In this document: in pieces, positions 1 through 10,107 of the stretch
Layout: the number at the start of each line of letters is the position of its first letter
Position numbering within the stretch: the stretch's first letter is position 1
Assembly (NCBI GenBank): GCA_943355025.1
Contig: CALRDW010000003.1
Coordinates: 7,680 to 71,679 of the forward strand
Reading direction: 5' to 3'
Length of the DNA: 64,000 bases
Source of the DNA: Candidatus Magasanikiibacteriota bacterium
Lineage (GTDB): Bacteria > Patescibacteriota > Patescibacteriia > Magasanikbacterales > 2-02-FULL-50-9b
Made by a program: the position numbers and the translations under genes
Notes under the pieces: model-generated
The model's input: only the letters and a program-made list of their open reading frames with translations
What the model was told of the DNA's origin: nothing
Database searches by the model: none

Positions 1-506
1 TGATCGATGCGCGATTGGAATTCATTCGCGCCAGGATTCGACGTTCTACAAACGACGAACACTCCTTTGTCGGGCCGGCTGATAAACGGCAGCATTGCTT
101 CGCGGCCCGGCCAGCCATGAATGGTAATCGCGTCAGCACCGAGGTAATTGAATGCGAAATCAGCAGTTTGCTGGTTTGTTGATCCAATGTCACCCCATTT
201 GCCGTCGACAATTACCGCAACCGCTTTTTCACTCACCGCTCGAATGTACGCGATGAGTTCACGGAGCATATTCGGGCAGGTTTGATAGAACGCGATATTT
301 GGTTTGAATGTCCCAACTCGCGTGTGCGTCGCGTCAACAATGTTTGTCAGAAACGCCTGTATCGGCGCACTTGCTCCAAACTGTTCCGAATACATTTTGA
401 ATTGATGCGGCAATAGATCGGGGTTTGGGTCGAGGCCGACGCACGAGACAAAACCTGTGGTTTCACGAGCGCGGTATCGCTCCATGAACGTGGACTTCGT
501 AGTCAT
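1..506 (-). CDS. pyrF: Orotidine-5'-phosphate decarboxylase (runs off window start)
   Basis: Manual translation MTTKSTFMERYRARETTGFVSCVGLDPNP...FKPNIAFY...VIVDGKWGDIGSTN...ADAITIHGW shows subfamily-2 OMP decarboxylase motifs; SD CAGGAG upstream. Confidence 0.9.
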   Translation of the reverse strand, partial: MTTKSTFMERYRARETTGFVSCVGLDPNPDLLPHQFKMYSEQFGASAPIQAFLTNIVDATHTRVGTFKPNIAFYQTCPNMLRELIAYIRAVSEKAVAVIVDGKWGDIGSTNQQTADFAFNYLGADAITIHGWPGREAMLPFISRPDKGVFVVCRTSNPGANEFQSRID

Positions 507-580
507 GAGGTTCTCCTGCGTTGACAAAATTGGGTGTCAACGTGCGTGAAGCGTAGCAATCTCGGGTTCCAGAGTCAAGA

Positions 581-1078
581 TTATCGAATTATAGAAAATT
601 CGCGTAGGGCAGCACCGTTTTCGAGTGGTTGTTCGGACTCAAGCCGGAGTTTTGTTTCGGGGCTCAGCGCGCGGATGCCAGCGTCAATTGAAATCGGGAG
701 CCGTACTTGTAAAAGTTTATCAACAAGACCCGCTGCGACGAACGCTTCATTGAGTGATCCGCCACTCGAAAGCAACATATTTTTTCCGTATTCGAGCGCT
801 TCCTGCGGCGACGAAATTTTTGTGTAACCAGCCTTTGGTTTAAAATCTGCTTGCGTTGATACGACTAGTTTTGTTATTGGTGTTTTTTCAAATGCCTCGA
901 GCGCTGCCGCGTCATATTTTTGCACGGCCTCGTAGGTTTTTCGTCCGTAAATAACTGCGTCGTAATCTGGTAACAGTTTTAAAAACCGATCCCACTGTTC
1001 GTCGGGAATAAAATCCTCGCTTCCGTTTGGAGCTGCAATAAATCCGTCGGACGAAACTACATTGTAGAGCGTAATCAT
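581..1078 (-). CDS. Dihydrofolate reductase / RibD C-terminal family protein
   Basis: SSDGFIA, YGRKTYE and SGGSLN..GLVD motifs. Confidence 0.8.
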   Translation of the reverse strand: MITLYNVVSSDGFIAAPNGSEDFIPDEQWDRFLKLLPDYDAVIYGRKTYEAVQKYDAAALEAFEKTPITKLVVSTQADFKPKAGYTKISSPQEALEYGKNMLLSSGGSLNEAFVAAGLVDKLLQVRLPISIDAGIRALSPETKLRLESEQPLENGAALREFSIIR

Positions 1079-1185
1079 ACGTCAGGTATAGTAGCACAGC
1101 CAGGCGCGTTGTAAAAATATAAAAAAATGCCGCCGACAATTCTCGTCTGAGGAGGATCGTGGACGGCAGCTATCTGCTTAGAGAA

Positions 1186-1911
1186 CTAGGGGCGTTTGCT
1201 GTAGAGCTCGGCCAGATTCATGCCCGGCGCGACTTTTTGCAAGTGCGCGAGCAGAATCGCATCGCGTACCTCGTCTTGCCACTGCAGTCCTGGTGCGGTC
1301 ATCAGTGCGGTTTCGAGTTCGCGCTCTTGAACCTGCGAGAGCAGGTACGGGCTGAATATTTCTGGGAACTCGCGCGCAAGATGCGCGGCGAAGAGTACGG
1401 TGCGATGCGATGGAAACGGCGGCGCGATTCCGGTGAATTCACCACCGTGGCCGCCTTGGCTAATCGAGAACTGTGCTCCCGCAACGCCAGGCGTTGGGCT
1501 ATTCGGGCAGCAATTCATCTTCTCACACCACGAGAGGATCAATTTATTTTTGCCGTTGATCTGTTTCAAGTCAAAGCTAAGCGGCAGATTAAACAAGTGG
1601 GCATCATGCATTCTGTTGAGGGTTTCAATTCCAGTCTTTGAAACGTTGATAACGAAATCGTCATGTGCGGTTTTTTTATCTGGAAGATTGAGCACCCGAG
1701 CTTTTACGAAGAGTTCTTGTAGAAGCTGACGTATATCTCCGATTATTTTCTCGCTCATCGGCATCAACGCAAAATTACGCAGCAGAGCTTCCGCCATCTG
1801 GAGCGAGAAGAGGGGATGCGAAATTGGGTTACCAAAGAGGAAGAAGCGCAGGCGTGGCGCCGGCGTAAGCAGGTCCGCGGGGAAACTTTTAATTTCTAAG
1901 TTCGAACTCAT
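1186..1911 (-). CDS. Hypothetical protein
   Basis: 241-aa ORF with own TTGACA-17-TAGTCT promoter (1990..1962); no recognisable domain. Confidence 0.6.
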   Translation of the reverse strand: MSSNLEIKSFPADLLTPAPRLRFFLFGNPISHPLFSLQMAEALLRNFALMPMSEKIIGDIRQLLQELFVKARVLNLPDKKTAHDDFVINVSKTGIETLNRMHDAHLFNLPLSFDLKQINGKNKLILSWCEKMNCCPNSPTPGVAGAQFSISQGGHGGEFTGIAPPFPSHRTVLFAAHLAREFPEIFSPYLLSQVQERELETALMTAPGLQWQDEVRDAILLAHLQKVAPGMNLAELYSKRP

Positions 1912-2072
1912 GGCACCGTCCTTTTGTATTGAGCGAAAGAAACAGTCTAGTATCTGCCACGAGACTAGCAGTATTGAGTCATTTTGTCAACGTGTCGCGC
2001 GCACTGCCTGAGCGGCAATAGCGCGGGCCGATTTTTGAATGTGTGATATACTTTGCGTAATAAATAAAATGT

Positions 2073-3290
2073 ATGTTTGATTCTTTAAAAGCTTTTTTTA
2101 ATAAAAAACCGGTAGTTGAAAATAAGGTGATAAAAAACGAACCTGAAAACAAGGAAGCGCGTGTGTCAGCTCATTCATCTTCCGATGATGTGCGGGCCGC
2201 ACTTGGAGAAAGCGCGCCTGCAAGAAGAAATGAGTTTGCAGGAGGTGGTGAAACGGATTTACAAGCCAGAATTCGTCGAGCGAGACAAGCGTTAGAAGGT
2301 GACAAGGCAGCATCATCTTTTGCGTCTCAGGGGCAGAACAGTGTGGGACATTACGAAACGCAAAATTCGAATGGATCTTTGGAGGCGGCGAATGTTCGTA
2401 GTACCGAGCAATATCTTGGCAACTTGCTTCAAGAACAGGCGGAAAAAGATCGCGATGCTGTAGACCAGAGTTATAGAATTCGCAAGCAGGTTGATGATGA
2501 AATGGCTATTGATGCAGCCATGAGAGATGCACATCCAGGTTCAACTGCGCAGGAGCGGCATGATATAAGATTAGAACAAACCAAAGCTGTTGAAGCGCGC
2601 CGGTTTAATCAGATTTTTCCGGAAGATGGTGAACGTGCACGAAAAGAAGCGTATGCGCTCGAGGAGGGAAACAGAAGGATGCCGGAAAGTCTGCGTAAAG
2701 CGCTAAAGGATTACGGCGCAAAAAATTCTATTGAGGAATATGTGCGACTTAGAGCAATTGCACACAAAGAACTAGAACGAGATGGCAAGGTTATTTCAGA
2801 TGATCTGGTAACCTTGGGGGCTGGCGAGTTGGCTTTGGAGGCTGGTATTTTAGGAACGCAGGGCAGTATCGGTGGAGGTGTAGCAAAGTGGGATGCCGCG
2901 ATTGATGAGGTGAGAGCACGACTTGAAGGAGGTGTGTTTAATGGGAAGGCTGTAGAAAGTGCTATAAAACCGGAAGCTGAGCGAATACATAACGCAATAT
3001 CAGAACGGCTTCTGTGGGGCATTGAAGGTGGTAAAGTAAATTTTCTTAAATCTTTCGAAGAAATTGCAAAACAAATTGCGGAAAAAAATCCGGACGCACA
3101 ATTTTCATTGCCATCCCTCCGAAACGAATTAAATCGCGCTATTCCTGCGTTAGCCCGCGATGCGGTGATTGATTTTCCGCGAGATTCGCAACATCGCGAC
3201 ACCTTCGAATTGGCGTGTGATAAGTTCGGGAGCGCTGTGTTTGATTTGGCGACACGGAGCGGCGTGAATCTTCATGAGTTTGTGATTTAA
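2073..3290 (+). CDS. Hypothetical charged helical protein
   Basis: 405-aa ORF, E/A/R-rich, no recognisable domain. Confidence 0.7.
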   Translation: MFDSLKAFFNKKPVVENKVIKNEPENKEARVSAHSSSDDVRAALGESAPARRNEFAGGGETDLQARIRRARQALEGDKAASSFASQGQNSVGHYETQNSNGSLEAANVRSTEQYLGNLLQEQAEKDRDAVDQSYRIRKQVDDEMAIDAAMRDAHPGSTAQERHDIRLEQTKAVEARRFNQIFPEDGERARKEAYALEEGNRRMPESLRKALKDYGAKNSIEEYVRLRAIAHKELERDGKVISDDLVTLGAGELALEAGILGTQGSIGGGVAKWDAAIDEVRARLEGGVFNGKAVESAIKPEAERIHNAISERLLWGIEGGKVNFLKSFEEIAKQIAEKNPDAQFSLPSLRNELNRAIPALARDAVIDFPRDSQHRDTFELACDKFGSAVFDLATRSGVNLHEFVI

Positions 3291-3314
3291 TTCGAATCGG
3301 CTACGTGGGTGCTT

Positions 3315-4049
3315 TTATTCTTCTACATCAATATCTGTAGATTCGGTTCGCACGGACTGTTCGTCTAAATTTTTTTTGAGCTCAGCCAATTCTTTGGGCG
3401 GAATGTTTTTCCATTGACCAGGTGCTAAGTCGCCAATACGCACGTTCATGATTCGTACGCGATGTAAACGCTTGACTTTGAATCCGCACGCATCCGTCAT
3501 GCGACGAATCTGGCGATTTTTACCCTCGGTCAGAATAATTGAAAAATTTTTTTCATCAAGCCGCGTGAGCGCGCAGGGTTTTGTAATGTAATCGCCGATA
3601 TTTACACCAACGGCCATTTTTCTTAAAAATCGATCTGGATATTCTTCATTTACTTCGACCTCGTATTCTTTTTCGTGGCCGTATTGCGCGCGCAAAATTT
3701 TGTTCACGATGTCGCCATCATTGGTGAGGAAAATAAGTCCCGTCGACGCTTTGTCGAGTCGTCCGATAGGGAATACACGAACAGGATGTTTAACTGCAGC
3801 AACGATATTTCCTGCGATGTTTTGGTCTGCTGTGCACGTTATTCCGTACGGTTTGTTATACATTATATAAACGGGTGATTGTTTGGTCATGACTTTTTTG
3901 CCATCGAGCGTCACGATATCGTCGTCCGTCACCTGGTCGCCGAGCACCGCCTTTACGCCATTAATTCTAATGCGGCCGGCTTCGATAAGTCGGTCTGCTT
4001 CACGCCTCGAACAAAGGCCGCGATCAGTGAAATATTTATTGATGCGCAT
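3315..4049 (-). CDS. rluF: 23S rRNA pseudouridine synthase (RsuA/RluB/RluF family, S4 domain)
   Basis: MRINKY..CSRREAD S4 start, GRLDKAS catalytic motif, EGKNRQIRRM; RluF versus RluB is not certain. Confidence 0.8.
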   Translation of the reverse strand: MRINKYFTDRGLCSRREADRLIEAGRIRINGVKAVLGDQVTDDDIVTLDGKKVMTKQSPVYIMYNKPYGITCTADQNIAGNIVAAVKHPVRVFPIGRLDKASTGLIFLTNDGDIVNKILRAQYGHEKEYEVEVNEEYPDRFLRKMAVGVNIGDYITKPCALTRLDEKNFSIILTEGKNRQIRRMTDACGFKVKRLHRVRIMNVRIGDLAPGQWKNIPPKELAELKKNLDEQSVRTESTDIDVEE

Positions 4050-4130
4050 AATTGGGAGTAGTGTGCCTGATTTTTTTCAAATTGTCCACACATTGACAAA
4101 CGCTAAAATTTATAGAACCCAGTTGTGTAT

Positions 4131-4601
4131 ATGAAAGAAAAATTTTTTGATCTATGGAATGAATTAAAAAAACGATTGCATGAACAGCCAAATGTTGCAT
4201 CGCGTCCGGGTGGTGAACGATATTTTCAGGTGCGCGACGTATGGTTTTGTTCAATTGGCGCGAATGTTGGGTATGAGCAAGATGGAAAACATGAAAATTT
4301 TGAACGGCCGGTGCTCATTGTTCAAAAGTTTAATCATGATGTGTTTTGGGGTGTGCCATTGACGAGTAATCTAAAAGAAGGATTTTATTATGCGCCGATA
4401 TTTATCGGAGCACATAAAAATAATTCGATTCTTTCACAAATGAGTTTATGGGATGCTCGGAGATTACTCCGAAAGATTGGTAAAATATCCGAGCAAGATT
4501 ATCAAAGGGTGATCGAGCAGCTGATATGTATTTTAAAACTAAACGGCTCCCCGCAGGAGCGAGGAGCCTCGGAGCCCGAAGGCGTTGTGAAACTACTATA
4601 G
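4131..4601 (+). CDS. PemK/MazF-like toxin family protein
   Basis: GANVGYEQDGK...RPVLIV...GVPLTS motifs. Confidence 0.75.
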   Translation: MKEKFFDLWNELKKRLHEQPNVASRPGGERYFQVRDVWFCSIGANVGYEQDGKHENFERPVLIVQKFNHDVFWGVPLTSNLKEGFYYAPIFIGAHKNNSILSQMSLWDARRLLRKIGKISEQDYQRVIEQLICILKLNGSPQERGASEPEGVVKLL

Positions 4602-4644
4602 CGGGTTGTTTTATTAGTGTCAAATTTTAACAAAAAACGGTTTT

Positions 4645-5622
4645 TTGAGAATCGTTTTATATATGGGCGTGAACGGCGCGGAAAAGATTGAAGTCAGGAT
4701 GGACAAGGAAACGGTGTGGCTCACGCAGGCGCAGATCAGCCAGTTATTTGGGATTGAACGTTCTGTGATTACGAAGCATCTCAAAAATATCTTTTCGACC
4801 GCTGAATTAAGCCAAAATTCAGTATGTGCAAAAATTGCACATACTGCGGCAGATGGAAAAACTTACCAAGTGGAGGTTTATAATTTGGACGTAATTATCT
4901 CTGTCGGTTACCGCGTGAATTCAAAACATGCCACTCAATTTCGTATTTGGGCCACCAGCGTTTTGCAGAACCACATCATGAAAGGGTTCACTATCAATGA
5001 GGCGCGGTTGAAGGAAACCACGTCGCGTGCGCACGAGCTTGGGCGTGCGGTGCGACTGATACGGGCGGCCGCAGATGTACGCATGTTGCGTAGCAGCGAG
5101 GCACGTGGGCTGCTTACGGTCATCACGGAATATGCGCATTCGTGGTCACTCTTGCAGCAATACGACGAAGAAAAGATACTAGTGCAACGCACGCGCACCA
5201 CGAAATTTACGACCATTGCGTATGATGAGGCATGCACAGCAATTGCGGATTTGAAACGCCATGTGTTGCATAAAAAAGAAGCGGGTTCGTTGTTTGGTTT
5301 GGAACGTGAACAGGGATTGAACCGCGTACTCGATGCCATCGCGCAAACATTTGGCGGAAAAATTTTATATCCGTCACTGGAAGAACGCGCCGCGCATTTG
5401 TTGTACTTCATCATCAAGGATCATCCGTTTTCCGACGGCAATAAACGTATCGGTGCATTTATGTTTGTACGGTTTTTGGAAATTAATGCGTTTGGACGTA
5501 ACAAAAGAGGTGAGCGCAAAATCAATCCAAACACCTTGGTGGCGTTGGCATTGTTAATTGCACAAAGTGCGCCGCGTGATAAAGAAATTATGATTGCGTT
5601 GGTGACTAATTTATTGCAGTAA
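4645..5622 (+). CDS. RhuM-family DNA-binding domain fused to Fic/Doc domain
   Basis: ETVWLTQ..YNLDVIISVGYRVNS..QFRIWA (RhuM) plus HPFSDGNKRIG (Fic/Doc). Confidence 0.9.
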   Translation: MRIVLYMGVNGAEKIEVRMDKETVWLTQAQISQLFGIERSVITKHLKNIFSTAELSQNSVCAKIAHTAADGKTYQVEVYNLDVIISVGYRVNSKHATQFRIWATSVLQNHIMKGFTINEARLKETTSRAHELGRAVRLIRAAADVRMLRSSEARGLLTVITEYAHSWSLLQQYDEEKILVQRTRTTKFTTIAYDEACTAIADLKRHVLHKKEAGSLFGLEREQGLNRVLDAIAQTFGGKILYPSLEERAAHLLYFIIKDHPFSDGNKRIGAFMFVRFLEINAFGRNKRGERKINPNTLVALALLIAQSAPRDKEIMIALVTNLLQ

Positions 5623-5655
5623 ATAAATACACCACCAAAAGGTGGCGTATTTGAG

Positions 5656-5727
5656 TGACCCCGGAAGGAATCGAACCTTCATGGGTAGCTTAGAAGGCTA
5701 CTGTACTATCCGTTGTACTACAGGGTC
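5656..5727 (-). tRNA. tRNA-Arg(UCU)
   Basis: Cloverleaf; anticodon arm GTAGC-CT-TCT-AA-GCTAC. Confidence 0.93.
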
Positions 5728-5823
5728 AGGATGTATCGATGCACTTACAAATAGATTGCCGAAAGAATACAGGATTTTTTGCGTTTTGTCAACGTGTGCG
5801 CTACCATGTTCAGCATTAGAGTT

Positions 5824-6234
5824 ATGAAAAAATCAATTTGTGCGGGCGGTGTTGTTGTTGGACCACATGGAAAAATAGTTGTTGTTAATCAAAACAATAA
5901 TTCGTGGTCACTTCCGAAAGGTCATGTTGACCGCGGCGAAGATCCAATCACTGCAGCACGTCGTGAAATTTATGAAGAATCGGGTGTCATGGATTTAACA
6001 TTTGTCCGCGAGCTCGGTGTCTATGAACGGTATCGTCGCAGCTTGTCTGGCGGCGATGATTTATCTGAACACAAAACGATTCACATGTTTTTGTTTCGTA
6101 CGCATCAAGAAAAATTACAGCCAATGGATCCAGATAATCCAGTTGCGCTGTGGGTTGATAAACAAAGTGTTTCGGAACTTTTGAGTGCAACAAAAGATAA
6201 AGAATTTTTCGAACAAATTATTCCACTCTTATAA
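5824..6234 (+). CDS. NUDIX hydrolase
   Basis: Nudix box GHVDRGEDPITAARREIYEESG. Confidence 0.9.
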   Translation: MKKSICAGGVVVGPHGKIVVVNQNNNSWSLPKGHVDRGEDPITAARREIYEESGVMDLTFVRELGVYERYRRSLSGGDDLSEHKTIHMFLFRTHQEKLQPMDPDNPVALWVDKQSVSELLSATKDKEFFEQIIPLL

Positions 6235-6235
6235 T

Positions 6236-8899
6236 TTATGTGTGTCGACGGAAATATTTTTTTATTTCTTCGAGCACAACAACGCACGACGCTATACTGA
6301 ACGCCTCTGCCCAAATTTTAGCAGGAACGATTGCGGTTCCAAGCACATGTTGAACTGTTGGAATATAAACTGCGACGAGTTGAAGTGCGAGTACAATTAT
6401 TGTTGCGCCGATCAAATACTTATTTTTAAATGGGGACACGGAAAAAGCAGAGCGGAGCTCGGTTCGTGTCATCCATGCATGTACCCACTGAAACATCGCA
6501 AGCAAAATAAGTGCCGCTGTACGACGTTCGGGAAGTGAAAGCTCGGTGTGGTACATAAAAAAACCAAGCGTGCCGACGGTCATAATAAATCCTGTTTGTA
6601 AAATTGCTCTGAGGTCTCTTCCGTGAAGAAGGTATTTACTGCGGCGTGATTTTGGTGCACGCGCACCATCTTCTTTTGGCTCAAGAGCAAGGGCAACGTC
6701 GAGGAAACCGTCCGTAACAAGATTGAGCCAAATAATTTGTACGGCAGTAATCGGTGAGGGGATGCCTAAGATAAGTGCTGTTCCAATTACACAAATCTCA
6801 CCGAAATTTGTTGAGAATAAATAGAGAAGAACTTTACGCATGGTTTGGTACATCGTACGCCCTTCATCAATTGCGACTGCGATTGATTCGAGTTCGTCGT
6901 CGAGGAGTAAGATGTCCGCGGCTTGTCGTGCAACGTCCGTGCCTGAGCGTGCGAGTGCGATACCAATATTTGCCGCGACTAAGGATGGTGCATCATTAAC
7001 ACCGTCGCCCGTCATTGCGATTGTGTGTCCCATTTTCTGGTAGAGTTCAATAATACGAAGCTTGTCTTCCGGTGTCACTCGTGCGAATACTGAAACTGAT
7101 GGAAGCAGACCACGCAATTCCGCTTCATTCATTGAATGAAGTTCGTGGCCGGTAAGTATTCGGTCACCATGCTGGAAAATACCGACTTCGCGTGCGACCG
7201 TGCGCGCAGCAGCAGGTAGATCTCCGGTAATCATTACAACGCGCAGGCCTGCGCCTTTCACGCGCGCGATCGTTGCCGCAGCTGTTGGTCGAATTGCATC
7301 TGCTATTCCAAAAAATGCCTCGAATGTTAAGTCCGATGGCGTATGTGGATCCCACTCAGCGTCCGTGTTGTCGCCACTCGCAAGCGCAATAACGCGTAGT
7401 CCATTTTCAGCCATGGCTTGAAGTTCTGCTGCAAGCGCATCATGCTCGTGCGTCGACAAAGAAATTATTTTGTTGTTGCTTCGGACGCTTGTGCATGCAG
7501 CGAGCACGTGTTCAGGAGCACCAAGCATCACGAGGCGTGGCTCAGACACATCACTCCGCGCTGCTGCGAGCGCATATTTTTTATCGTAATCAAATGGAAA
7601 ATAATTTTCGCGCTGGTACCGTGTTTCTGCATGAAGTTTTTGCGTGACAACAAGAAGCGCTGCTTCGGTTGCGTCTCCCGAAATAACAAAACCGCCATGC
7701 GCATTTTTTAAAATGGTTGCAGAAACAACTGGTGCAATCATGCCCGCGACTTCTTGGAACTCACTGAGCTCGTGCAACGCGAGCAATGTACCACGGCGAA
7801 AAAAACTTCCGGTCGGTTCATATCCATTTCCCGTAATTTTAATTGCGCCATCAGGTGTGCGAATTTCTACGACCATCATTTCGCCGAGCGTTATCGTTCC
7901 TGTTTTGTCGAGCGCTAAAACTTCAACTTGTCCAAGCGCTTCGACAGCAAACATTTTTTTGACGAGAGCTCCACGACGCGCAAGACGCGCAACTCCAATT
8001 GAAAGAACTATCGTAAGCACGATTGGGAGTCCTTCGGGAATCGCTGCAACTGCGAGTGAAATTGAAATAAATAATAATTCGATTGGCGCGAGTGCAGTCC
8101 GCAAACCAACAAGAAAAATTAGAACAACGAGTGTTGCTATAACGCAGAGCACGATGCGTGACAGCATCGCAAGATCGCGTTCGAGTGGAACGGGAGTGTG
8201 TGATTCTTGAATGCGTGCGCTGATAGAACCGAGTCGTGTTCGCGCACCGGTTTCAACTACAATCGCGCGCCCACCGCCATGGGTGACAGTTGTACCCGCG
8301 CGCACCATCGTTGGCGCGTCGAGCGGATCGCGCGAACTGTGCGTTGATTCTGCGTCCTTTGCAACTGGCAATGATTCGCCAGTGAGCAGCGATTCATTAA
8401 CACGTAGATAATTTGTTTCAACTAGTCGCGCATCTGCAACAATTCGATCACCCTCAGAAATAATTAATACATCTCCCGGAACAACTGCATACGCAGGAAT
8501 TGTTTGCGCGCGTGCATCACGCAGCACAACTGCACGTTCCGGCGTGAGTCGTCGCAGCGCACGAACGCGCCGCGTTGTTCGGTACTCATGAAACGTTCCT
8601 ATCCAGCTGTTAATTAAGAGAACAGATAAAATTACGATCGCGTCTGAATAGTGGTCAACTAGAAAAAGCGAAGCGCTTGCAAATAAAAGAACGCCGATAA
8701 GCGGACTAATAAATTGTCGCAGCCACAAAAAAAATATCGATGTCTCGCGGGGTTCTGGAATGCGGTTCCAGCCATACTCCGCGACGCGCGCGCCGATTTC
8801 TTGTTTAGAAAGACCTCTGCTCGGTTCAACGCCGAGCAGCTTAGTAATTTTTAAAACTGAAAGAGCGCGCCACTTCGGGCTCTGCTGAGACTGTGACAT
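6236..8899 (-). CDS. Cation-transporting P-type ATPase (type IIA, Ca2+-like)
   Basis: TGES, IPEGLP, DKTGT and TGDGVND motifs; start set at the ATG 6 nt after TACAAT. Confidence 0.95.
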   Translation of the reverse strand: MSQSQQSPKWRALSVLKITKLLGVEPSRGLSKQEIGARVAEYGWNRIPEPRETSIFFLWLRQFISPLIGVLLFASASLFLVDHYSDAIVILSVLLINSWIGTFHEYRTTRRVRALRRLTPERAVVLRDARAQTIPAYAVVPGDVLIISEGDRIVADARLVETNYLRVNESLLTGESLPVAKDAESTHSSRDPLDAPTMVRAGTTVTHGGGRAIVVETGARTRLGSISARIQESHTPVPLERDLAMLSRIVLCVIATLVVLIFLVGLRTALAPIELLFISISLAVAAIPEGLPIVLTIVLSIGVARLARRGALVKKMFAVEALGQVEVLALDKTGTITLGEMMVVEIRTPDGAIKITGNGYEPTGSFFRRGTLLALHELSEFQEVAGMIAPVVSATILKNAHGGFVISGDATEAALLVVTQKLHAETRYQRENYFPFDYDKKYALAAARSDVSEPRLVMLGAPEHVLAACTSVRSNNKIISLSTHEHDALAAELQAMAENGLRVIALASGDNTDAEWDPHTPSDLTFEAFFGIADAIRPTAAATIARVKGAGLRVVMITGDLPAAARTVAREVGIFQHGDRILTGHELHSMNEAELRGLLPSVSVFARVTPEDKLRIIELYQKMGHTIAMTGDGVNDAPSLVAANIGIALARSGTDVARQAADILLLDDELESIAVAIDEGRTMYQTMRKVLLYLFSTNFGEICVIGTALILGIPSPITAVQIIWLNLVTDGFLDVALALEPKEDGARAPKSRRSKYLLHGRDLRAILQTGFIMTVGTLGFFMYHTELSLPERRTAALILLAMFQWVHAWMTRTELRSAFSVSPFKNKYLIGATIIVLALQLVAVYIPTVQHVLGTAIVPAKIWAEAFSIASCVVVLEEIKKYFRRHT

Positions 8900-8962
8900 A
8901 CATACATTGTAGCAGAGATTAGGTTGCATTCGAAATCATAAGAGGAGTATAGTCAAAGTACT

Positions 8963-9289
8963 ATGAAAGTTGTTGAAATAAAAGATAAAGGAACGTATAT
9001 AGAAGTAAAAATTTTGCTTCCATTTATTAGCCGTGAAGGCATCACTGCAGAAATAAATAATAATGTTTTGCAACTGCGCGCGCGGCTCGACCATCATGAG
9101 ACGATGTTTGAAAAAAATCAAAAAATTGTTTACGACGGAAGCGGCCTGATTACAGTTAGTGTGCCATTTGGTGTGGCTGTTGACCCTGATGTAAAGTCTG
9201 CGAAATTTGTAGACAATGAGCTTATCATGAAGGTGGATAAATTAGCGGGTGAGCCAAAAGGCCGTCATTCTGTGCGGATAACTCGTTAA
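8963..9289 (+). CDS. Hsp20/alpha-crystallin-like small protein
   Basis: Pattern LP..SREGITAEINNNVLQL...VDPD..SAKFVDNELIM resembles the Hsp20 core; SD GAGGAG. Confidence 0.55.
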   Translation: MKVVEIKDKGTYIEVKILLPFISREGITAEINNNVLQLRARLDHHETMFEKNQKIVYDGSGLITVSVPFGVAVDPDVKSAKFVDNELIMKVDKLAGEPKGRHSVRITR

Positions 9290-9355
9290 ACAGGACTATT
9301 GCTAGACAGGCGTGTACTTTAATGCTACAATACGAATTGCTGCTCAGGCACCCCT

Positions 9356-9445
9356 GGAGAGGTGGCCGAGTGGTTGAAGGCGCCGCTCTCGAAAAGCGGT
9401 ATACCCGTAAGGGTATCGAGAGTTCGAATCTCTCCCTCTCCGCCA
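9356..9445 (+). tRNA. tRNA-Ser(CGA)
   Basis: Long variable arm; CCGCT-CT-CGA-AA-AGCGG; CCA encoded. Confidence 0.95.
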
Positions 9446-9573
9446 GCAAAAGATACGCATATGTTTTCACTACAGAGCAACCATTTATTTTTACGCTTTA
9501 GTGGTGGGTCGAAACATTGTGTTAAATAACCAACAATGTGCAGAAGGTTCGTTAAGACCCACGCACGGAAAGT

Positions 9574-9930
9574 ATGACATCAAAGAAATTGTACGTAGGC
9601 AATTTGCCTTACACGACAACTGATGCAGATCTCAAGGATCTCTTCGGTCAGGCAGGCGCAGTAGAAACAGCAAGCATCATTTCAGACAAATTCTCAGGCC
9701 GTTCAAAGGGCTTTGGTTTTGTTGAAATGAGCACACTCGAGGAAGCTGAAAAAGCTATCTCGATGCTCAACGGCTACCAGATGGGTGGCCGCGCTCTCAC
9801 AGTTACAGAAGCTCGCCCTAAGCCAGAAGGTGGCGCAGGTCGCAGTTTTGGTGGCGGTGGTGCAGGCGGCGGATCACGCGGTGGTTACGGAGGCGGTGGT
9901 GGTTCACGCGGTGGTTACAACGATCGCTAA
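9574..9930 (+). CDS. RRM-domain RNA-binding protein with Gly-rich tail
   Basis: RNP2 LYVGNL, RNP1 KGFGFVEM. Confidence 0.95.
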   Translation: MTSKKLYVGNLPYTTTDADLKDLFGQAGAVETASIISDKFSGRSKGFGFVEMSTLEEAEKAISMLNGYQMGGRALTVTEARPKPEGGAGRSFGGGGAGGGSRGGYGGGGGSRGGYNDR

Positions 9931-9960
9931 ACCATTTCTTGCTTTACTACTTGAACAGAG

Positions 9961-9988
9961 AGGCGTCCCTTTCGGGGGGCGCTTTTTT
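9961..9988 (+). terminator. Rho-independent terminator
   Basis: GCGTCCC/GGGGCGC stem followed by T run. Confidence 0.75.
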
Positions 9989-9990
9989 GT

Positions 9991-10107
9991 TTCAACCCAT
10001 ACCCAAAGAAAATAATTCTACTTCTCAGGGAGAGATAAACAGGAACTCCCGTCGAAGTAGAATTATTTTCTTTGGGTATACGTCAACACAAGTGGTATAC
10101 TGCTCAC
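9991..10107 (+). repeat. Conserved palindromic element, copy A (26-bp perfect arms, 29-nt core) plus leaderless promoter
   Basis: Arms 9999-10024 and 10054-10079 are exact reverse complements; TTGGGT-18-TATACT-6-ATG. Confidence 0.9.

Noticed and set aside
9830-9925. GGT/GGC repeats
   Set aside because: They encode the usual Gly-rich tail of RRM proteins
10072-10107. TTG-start extensions of the MLPNPF ORFs (also 18199 and 27946)
   Set aside because: They run through the promoter and palindrome; protein similarity begins at the ATG 6 nt after TATACT
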